NCBI GenBank assembly: GCA_965267575.1
Contig: OZ254086.1
Coordinates: 128,001 to 192,000 of the forward strand
Reading direction: 5' to 3'
DNA: 64,000 nt
Origin: Calditrichales bacterium
Lineage (GTDB): Bacteria > Calditrichota > Calditrichia > Calditrichales > J004
Below are positions 58,551 to 64,000 of this stretch, one piece after another (position 1 is the first letter of the stretch; the number at the start of each line of letters is the position of its first letter). Position numbers and translations under genes: made by a program. The notes under the pieces were generated by a model that worked only from the letters and a program-made list of their open reading frames with translations, was not told where the DNA came from and ran no database searches.

Positions 58551-58688
58551 TGCCCGAGGGCGTGGAGCTCACCGGCTGGATTATTGCCAGCCTGTGCGGA
58601 ATCCCCTGTAACCCCCTAAATCTCAGGGGGATGAAGAACCGGTACTGATTATACCTGCGGGATAAACTGTAGCTGCCACGTTTTGAAA

Positions 58689-58824
58689 AACGCCAAAGGC
58701 GTGGAACGATTATAGCAAAAAACCATTCCTAAAAAATATTAATCCCGAAGGGATGATATGATGGCCGTTGCTCTAAAAACGGAGAACGATAAAGAGAAAG
58801 AGAAAGAAAAAGACTGGAACGACC
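58689..58824 (+). repeat. Two short palindromic direct repeats plus a GAnAAA hexamer run
   Basis: AACGCCAAAGGCGT..GAT and AATCCCGAAGGGAT..GAT; GAGAAC GATAAA GAGAAA GAGAAA GAAAAA. Confidence 0.5.
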
Positions 58825-58825
58825 C

Positions 58826-59365
58826 TTATGCGCCAGGGGCCTTTACTTTGGATTCACTCGCTTCCTTTATCAGGCGCAGCATTTCGCGGCGTATCCAACC
58901 GCTGAACGGGCCAATGAAAAACCAGTATATGCGAAACATACGGCGGGCCCTGGCATTGGTGGCGTAAACGCGGGTTTCCGTGGTCAGGCGGGTTTGCTCT
59001 TTCCCGACGGGCTCAAGAAAAAAATTCCAGGCGGTTTTGGCATAGCCGCCCTGTGAAAACCCGATGAAATGATCGCGGTTGGTTTCCAGCAGTCCGCCGC
59101 CGGCCGTCCAGAAACGACCGATCAGGCCCCAGACGATCTCGCGGTTCTCCTCCACTTCCAGCAAAGTAAAACGCATCGATTGCAGCCCATCCATAGAAAA
59201 AGCCGATGCCGGCATGCCACGAAGGCGGAAGAGAAAACGAATCACCGCGGAGCGGCCCATGTTGACCTTAAAGGTATTATCCGCCACAACCGGCGGCGGC
59301 GCATCAATCATCACTGAGTATTTTTTAGCCACCTGGTAGCGGGGTAAAAACATGTCTATCAGCAT
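58826..59365 (-). CDS. Hypothetical protein (DUF2867-like)
   Basis: LF.LRG, EIV.GL.GRFW, AWNF, L.TETRV, F..YW..I.PFSG.IRR pattern; GGAG RBS. Confidence 0.7.
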   Translation of the reverse strand: MLIDMFLPRYQVAKKYSVMIDAPPPVVADNTFKVNMGRSAVIRFLFRLRGMPASAFSMDGLQSMRFTLLEVEENREIVWGLIGRFWTAGGGLLETNRDHFIGFSQGGYAKTAWNFFLEPVGKEQTRLTTETRVYATNARARRMFRIYWFFIGPFSGWIRREMLRLIKEASESKVKAPGA

Positions 59366-59560
59366 AAGCCAATCTCCGGTGTGAAGACAATCGGACCAAA
59401 AATATTAAATAAACGCAATATGTGAGAACAGAGCTTTGTTAAAAGTAAAAATTTGCTTCACATTTATTTGATTTATGTCGAGCAAATGGGCAATTTTAAG
59501 GAACGGAATTATATTTTGAGCGTCCTTACACAATTCAAAACTAAAAATGGAATTTAACGT

Positions 59561-60725
59561 ATGTCCCATACCCATTCACGCGTCTCCCTGATCGAAGAGT
59601 TCAAGCATACAAAAATCGATTGGGTTACCACGCTGTTCATTACAATCTACCACGTTTTACTTTTCATTGCACTACCGATTTATTTAATGGCAACATCCCC
59701 GGGATGGCCGCTGATCGGTTTTACATTGTTTCTCATGGCCGGCTCACTGCTTAGTATTACGACGGGTTACCATCGCCTGTACGCGCACCGCACCTACCGC
59801 ACCCGGAAACCGGTGGAGTGGATACTTGTATTTTTCGGCACCCTGGCCACCCAGGGCAGCGTGATCCGCTGGTCGCATGATCACCGTTTGCATCACAGCC
59901 ACCTTGACAGTGAAAAAGACCCCTACGGCACCGATAAAGGCTTTTGGCATTCGCACCTGCTGTGGATGTTTAAGGACCATGTGCCGCTGGAAGAGCGCTA
60001 TTACCGCGATCTGAAAGAAAACAAACTGCTGATGTTCCAGCATAAATATTACGGCTGGCTGATGGCCGCCACTAACATTTTGATGATTATTCGCCGGCTT
60101 TTTGACCGGAGACTGGTTCGGCGCGGTTGTGATTTCTTTTCTGCTGCGTCTTTTCCTGGTGCATCATTCCACCTGGTTCATCAACTCGCTGGCACACATG
60201 TGGGGAACAAAGCCTTACTCCACCGAGCATTCCGCGGTGAATAACTTCATCCTGGCCATCCTCACCTACGGCGAAGGTTATCACAATTACCACCACACCT
60301 TTGCCAGCGATTACCGCAACGGCATCCGCTGGTGGCAGTTTGACCCGCCCAAGTATATCATCTGGGGATTGAGCAAGCTGGGGCTGGCCAGCGACCTGAA
60401 ACGCGCCGACGCACTGATGATTAAGAAAAAACTGGTGCAGGCAGACCGCAAGCTGCTGATCGAACACCTGGAACAGGTACCCAACCCCGAAGCCGGGGCA
60501 TTTAAGCACGCGGTGGAAAATCTCGCTGAAAAAGTATCTGAGACTATCGTTAACGCGAAGACCCAGCTTGAAGCCTACCGCGCGCTGAAGCGTGAGGGCC
60601 GCCGCGAAGACATCAAAAAGCTGCGCCGCGAAATCCGCCGCATGAAAAACAACGTGCGCCAGGATATGAAAACATGGCGTCGCCTGACCAGGCTGATCCT
60701 GAAACTGCAGCCCGCCACAGCCTAG
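59561..60725 (+). pseudogene. Acyl-CoA/fatty acid (delta-9-type) desaturase split by a frameshift near 60088 (pseudogene or sequencing error)
   Basis: His boxes HRLYAH and HRLHH in the first frame, HNYHH in the second; frames join at ATGATTATTCGCC. Confidence 0.85.
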
Positions 60726-60742
60726 AAAAACTATTTTTAAAC

Positions 60743-60774
60743 ACCAAAGCCGGTCCCTTGGGCCGGCTTTTTTT
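60743..60774 (+). terminator. Intrinsic terminator; left copy of a 32-bp direct repeat
   Basis: ACCAAAGCCGGTCCCTTGGGCCGGCTTTTTTT, identical to 62716-62747. Confidence 0.9.
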
Positions 60775-60842
60775 ATTGTTTGATTTTTTTAAAGCATTCA
60801 GTAAAATAGTTAGAGTTTTCTAAAAATACTAAGGGAGTAAAT

Positions 60843-62693
60843 ATGAAACTTCAGAAGGTCTTGGAAAATCTTAATTCGTTCGAAAAAAATTCGTTTTTAA
60901 AAATACTCGATATATTGATTGGGCAAAACCCGGCAAACATCAAGGAAATTGAAAGAATTCTTACGAATCAGGACAAGGATCTAAAAAATGTAGATAATAA
61001 CAATATTTCTGAAGTTTTTCGTTTGCTTGAAAAAGAGTTTGAAAAATATGTTCGCGACGAATTCATAGACACAGCAAGTCAGCTAGACATTTTAACAGAC
61101 ATTTTAATACGTGATGGTAACTGCATCATGAAGCATGAATGGTTTTCGAGACTCTATGAGATCGAACTGAAAAACCTAAGAGCAAAGCTTGGCCAATTAA
61201 AAAAGAACTTTGAATCTGAAAAATCAGAAATTGAAGATATTAGAAGAAGAGATTATGAGATTTATAAGGAATGTCTTAGAACCGCGTTTTTTAATGATGA
61301 AATGAATAATCAAGAATTTAAAATTACAAAAGACGAACTGTCTATTTTGCAGACTTTATCCAATAGCCTTGATTTAAGCCAGGAAGAAATAAAACTAATT
61401 AATTATTCTATTATTGAGCCCGAGCGTAAAGATACTGATCACCTGATAAACGACCTAAAAAATATTGGAGTTCTTTTTTATTCGAAAAAGCTAAATACCG
61501 TTTTCGTGCCAGATGAGGTGGTTAGGGTATTAAGAAGAATTCGAGGAAAAGATGTTGCAGATAAATTCTTCAGACGAGTTTTACGAAAACTAAAAGATTC
61601 TCAAATCAATTATATATGTCGTAAGCATTCCATTGATTGGAAGCAGGAAAAAGAAGAAAAAATAAAAGATATACTCAAACAAGGTCTATCTTTATCATCC
61701 ATTCTTGAAAACGATATCTATAAAAACGGAGCAAGTTTAACTGAACGAAAAAATTATATAAACAGCTTAATTGAAAAAGAGCTCAAAATCGAATTGGAAG
61801 CTAAAGGAGTAACTCTTGAAGAAAAGATCAATAATCTGGTAGAATACTTCAATGATTTAGATAAAGAAGATAAAATTGCGATTTCTCTCGATGGTTATGA
61901 AAAGTTGTTAATAGATATCAACAAAACGATTAGCGAGTCAAAAAAGATTTTACAATCTGAATTTGAGTTTCAAGAAAGCGATATTTTAAAAAGTGAATTT
62001 TTGCTGGACTTTAATATCAAACCAAGAGACGTACTTGAAGTAATCGGGGAAAATAATCTCAATAAATTTTGCGAAATACGGCAAATAAGCACTCGCGGTG
62101 ATATAGTAAACAACATACTTAGCTCATATAAAGATTTAGAAAATCTATACTTAGAAAATTATGTTAGCTTTAGTTATAGGGATTTAAAGGCTTTAAAAGA
62201 AAACGGAATTGACATCAAGGAAGCTGAGATATGTCTTAAGTTTGAATATCTTACAAAAAAGATTTTCGAAAAGCTGGGCTTTTTAGTAGATGAAAAACTG
62301 AGAAAAAAACTTAACACTAAAAAAGACAAAGTTGACATCGTAATTAACCTTGGCAATGATAATATTATCCTAATTGAGTGTAAGACAATAAAAGAAAGCG
62401 GTTTTAATAAATTCTCTTCCGTTTCACGACAATTAAAATCATATTTCGATTTGGCAAAGAAAAATCAACTGTCTGTTGTAAAATCTCTTTTGGTTGCTCC
62501 AGAATTTAGCGATGAGTTTGTAAATGAATGTGGCCTGGAATATGATCTGAATCTTTCACTAATAACTGCAGAGTCTTTACTTAATATATATCAGGCGTTT
62601 AAAGATACATCATTTAAGTCATTTCCATATAAGCTGTTAATGCGGGACGTCGTTATACAAGATGATAGAATAATAAAAGCTTTAAAAAAATAA
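60843..62693 (+). CDS. AT-rich 616-aa protein with C-terminal PD-(D/E)XK restriction-endonuclease-like (Mrr_cat-like) domain
   Basis: FE.LT..IFEKLGF...VDIVI...ILIECKT...RQLKSY; AAGGGAG RBS. Confidence 0.7.
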   Translation: MKLQKVLENLNSFEKNSFLKILDILIGQNPANIKEIERILTNQDKDLKNVDNNNISEVFRLLEKEFEKYVRDEFIDTASQLDILTDILIRDGNCIMKHEWFSRLYEIELKNLRAKLGQLKKNFESEKSEIEDIRRRDYEIYKECLRTAFFNDEMNNQEFKITKDELSILQTLSNSLDLSQEEIKLINYSIIEPERKDTDHLINDLKNIGVLFYSKKLNTVFVPDEVVRVLRRIRGKDVADKFFRRVLRKLKDSQINYICRKHSIDWKQEKEEKIKDILKQGLSLSSILENDIYKNGASLTERKNYINSLIEKELKIELEAKGVTLEEKINNLVEYFNDLDKEDKIAISLDGYEKLLIDINKTISESKKILQSEFEFQESDILKSEFLLDFNIKPRDVLEVIGENNLNKFCEIRQISTRGDIVNNILSSYKDLENLYLENYVSFSYRDLKALKENGIDIKEAEICLKFEYLTKKIFEKLGFLVDEKLRKKLNTKKDKVDIVINLGNDNIILIECKTIKESGFNKFSSVSRQLKSYFDLAKKNQLSVVKSLLVAPEFSDEFVNECGLEYDLNLSLITAESLLNIYQAFKDTSFKSFPYKLLMRDVVIQDDRIIKALKK

Positions 62694-62715
62694 GTATTAC
62701 TCAGTGCAGTTTATT

Positions 62716-62747
62716 ACCAAAGCCGGTCCCTTGGGCCGGCTTTTTTT
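62716..62747 (+). terminator. Intrinsic terminator; right copy of the 32-bp direct repeat
   Basis: Identical to 60743-60774. Confidence 0.9.
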
Positions 62748-62761
62748 GTGCGCGCAAATGG

Positions 62762-62936
62762 AAACCGATAAACCGGTTGGAGCCCCCGGTGGTGAGGTAG
62801 CATCTAAATCCCATGACTGAAGTCATAGGTTAAAAGACCCGGGCAAAACTATTACTTTATAAAACTAAATGTTAACCCACGACTTCAGTCGTGGGGCAGG
62901 TAGGCTGCACATTCCGGCCAACCGATTCATCGGTTT
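62762..62936. repeat. REPIN/MITE-like nested inverted-repeat element
   Basis: Outer IR AAACCGATAAACCGGTTGG / CCAACCGATTCATCGGTTT; inner IR CCCATGACTGAAGTCATAGGTTAA / TTAACCCACGACTTCAGTCGTGGG. Confidence 0.75.
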
Positions 62937-64000
62937 TATTGTGATGAACCGCCCAACTCCCGCTTCAAAAACTGCCCGGTAAACGAATGCTCTATCTCTG
63001 CCACCTGCTCCGGTGTGCCTTCAGCCACAATGGTGCCGCCGGCGTCGCCGCCCTCGGGACCAATATCGATGATCCAGTCGGCGGTTTTAATCACATCGAG
63101 GTTGTGTTCGATCACCACGACCGTATTGCCCTTTTCCACCAGGCTGTTTAAAACATTCAGAAGCATGCGGATATCTTCAAAATGCAGGCCTGTGGTGGGT
63201 TCGTCCAAAATGTAAAAAGTATTGCCGGTACCGACTTTGGAAAGTTCCGTGGCCAGTTTCACGCGCTGCGCCTCACCGCCGGAAAGCGTGGTGGCAGCCT
63301 GCCCCAAATGGATATAGCCCAGCCCCACGTCGGACAGGGTTTGCAGGCGCCGCTGCACTGTGGGAATGTTGGACATAAACTCCAGCGCCTGGTCCACGGT
63401 CATATCCAGCACCTCTGCAATCGACTTGCTCTTGTATTTGATCTCCAGAGTCTCGCGGTTGTAGCGCGTGCCCTTACAGACCTCGCATTGCACGTAGACA
63501 TCGGGCAAAAAGTGCATCTCGATCTTTTTGAGACCGTCGCCCTCGCAGGCCTCGCAGCGGCCGCCCTTGACGTTAAAACTAAAGCGTCCCGGTTTGTAGC
63601 CGCGTATCTTGGCTTCCGGCAGTTGGCTGAACAGGTCGCGGATGGGCGTAAACAGGCCGGTGTAGGTGGCCGGATTGGAACGCGGCGTGCGCCCGATCGG
63701 CGACTGGTCCAGGTCGATCACTTTATCCAGGTGATTCAGGCCTTTGATGTCGCCGTGCTTCAGCGGGTTTTTCTTGCTACCGTAAAAGTGTCGCGCCAGC
63801 GCGGCAAACAGTGTTTCGTTTACAAGCGAGCTTTTACCGGAGCCGGAGACACCGGTGACGCAGATAAATTTTCCCAGCGGGAAGCGGCCCGTTACACCTT
63901 TCAGATTGTTACCTTCCGCTTTAACAATTTCCAGGAATTTGCCGTTGCCCGGGCGTCGCGTTTTCGGAACGGGGATATGCGCTTTTCCGGCCAGGTAATG
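62936..64000 (-). CDS. uvrA: Excinuclease ABC subunit A (C-terminal part; runs off window end)
   Basis: [48 protein letters not shown]; frame is open to 64000. Confidence 0.98.
   Translation of the reverse strand, partial: HYLAGKAHIPVPKTRRPGNGKFLEIVKAEGNNLKGVTGRFPLGKFICVTGVSGSGKSSLVNETLFAALARHFYGSKKNPLKHGDIKGLNHLDKVIDLDQSPIGRTPRSNPATYTGLFTPIRDLFSQLPEAKIRGYKPGRFSFNVKGGRCEACEGDGLKKIEMHFLPDVYVQCEVCKGTRYNRETLEIKYKSKSIAEVLDMTVDQALEFMSNIPTVQRRLQTLSDVGLGYIHLGQAATTLSGGEAQRVKLATELSKVGTGNTFYILDEPTTGLHFEDIRMLLNVLNSLVEKGNTVVVIEHNLDVIKTADWIIDIGPEGGDAGGTIVAEGTPEQVAEIEHSFTGQFLKRELGGSSQ

Noticed and set aside
58550-58680. Possible ncRNA or mini-ORF (MPEGVELTGW...) after the SIMPL gene
   Set aside because: No recognisable ribozyme/riboswitch core or protein motif; unsupported without an Rfam search.
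1-64000. tRNA, rRNA, integrase, transposase or prophage genes
   Set aside because: None recognised by eye; tRNAscan-SE/Rfam/ISEScan would be needed for formal exclusion.

Overview
Bacterial chromosomal window. The gene content resembles Calditrichota/FCB-group bacteria, but this is inference only. The left part has a partial PduS/RnfC-like gene, a phosphodiester glycosidase, three related tiny membrane proteins, yaiI and pyrD. It also has a complete respiratory cluster: alternative complex III (actABCDEFG), an A2-type caa3 oxidase, two Sco proteins, DUF420 and the heme A/O synthases. PPi-PFK follows the cluster. The middle has map, a HAD phosphatase, a divergent glycosyltransferase-like gene and an aromatic amino acid decarboxylase, separated by a modular composite repeat. 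One palindrome of that repeat is split open around about 1.3 kb of AT-rich cargo (TA pair, frameshifted OMP). A dispersed surface-polysaccharide region follows (wzc, ugd, wbpA, wbpB, wbpD, upxY). It contains cysC-cysD-cysN without PAPS-reduction genes and a translationally coupled four-gene unit (RHH protein with an RLxxLGY tail, PHP phosphatase, two cytoplasmic AlkP-superfamily enzymes). This unit is a candidate non-canonical PAPS-dependent sulfation system. The right part has lolA, ftsK, UPF0489, an AT-rich attC-bounded two-gene cassette, gcvT, plsY, recQ, SIMPL, a frameshifted desaturase and partial uvrA. It also has an AT-rich PD-(D/E)XK nuclease gene bracketed by an exact 32-bp duplicated terminator. 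I saw no rRNA, tRNA, CRISPR array, integrase or transposase. All annotation is by eye from motifs; no database search was run.
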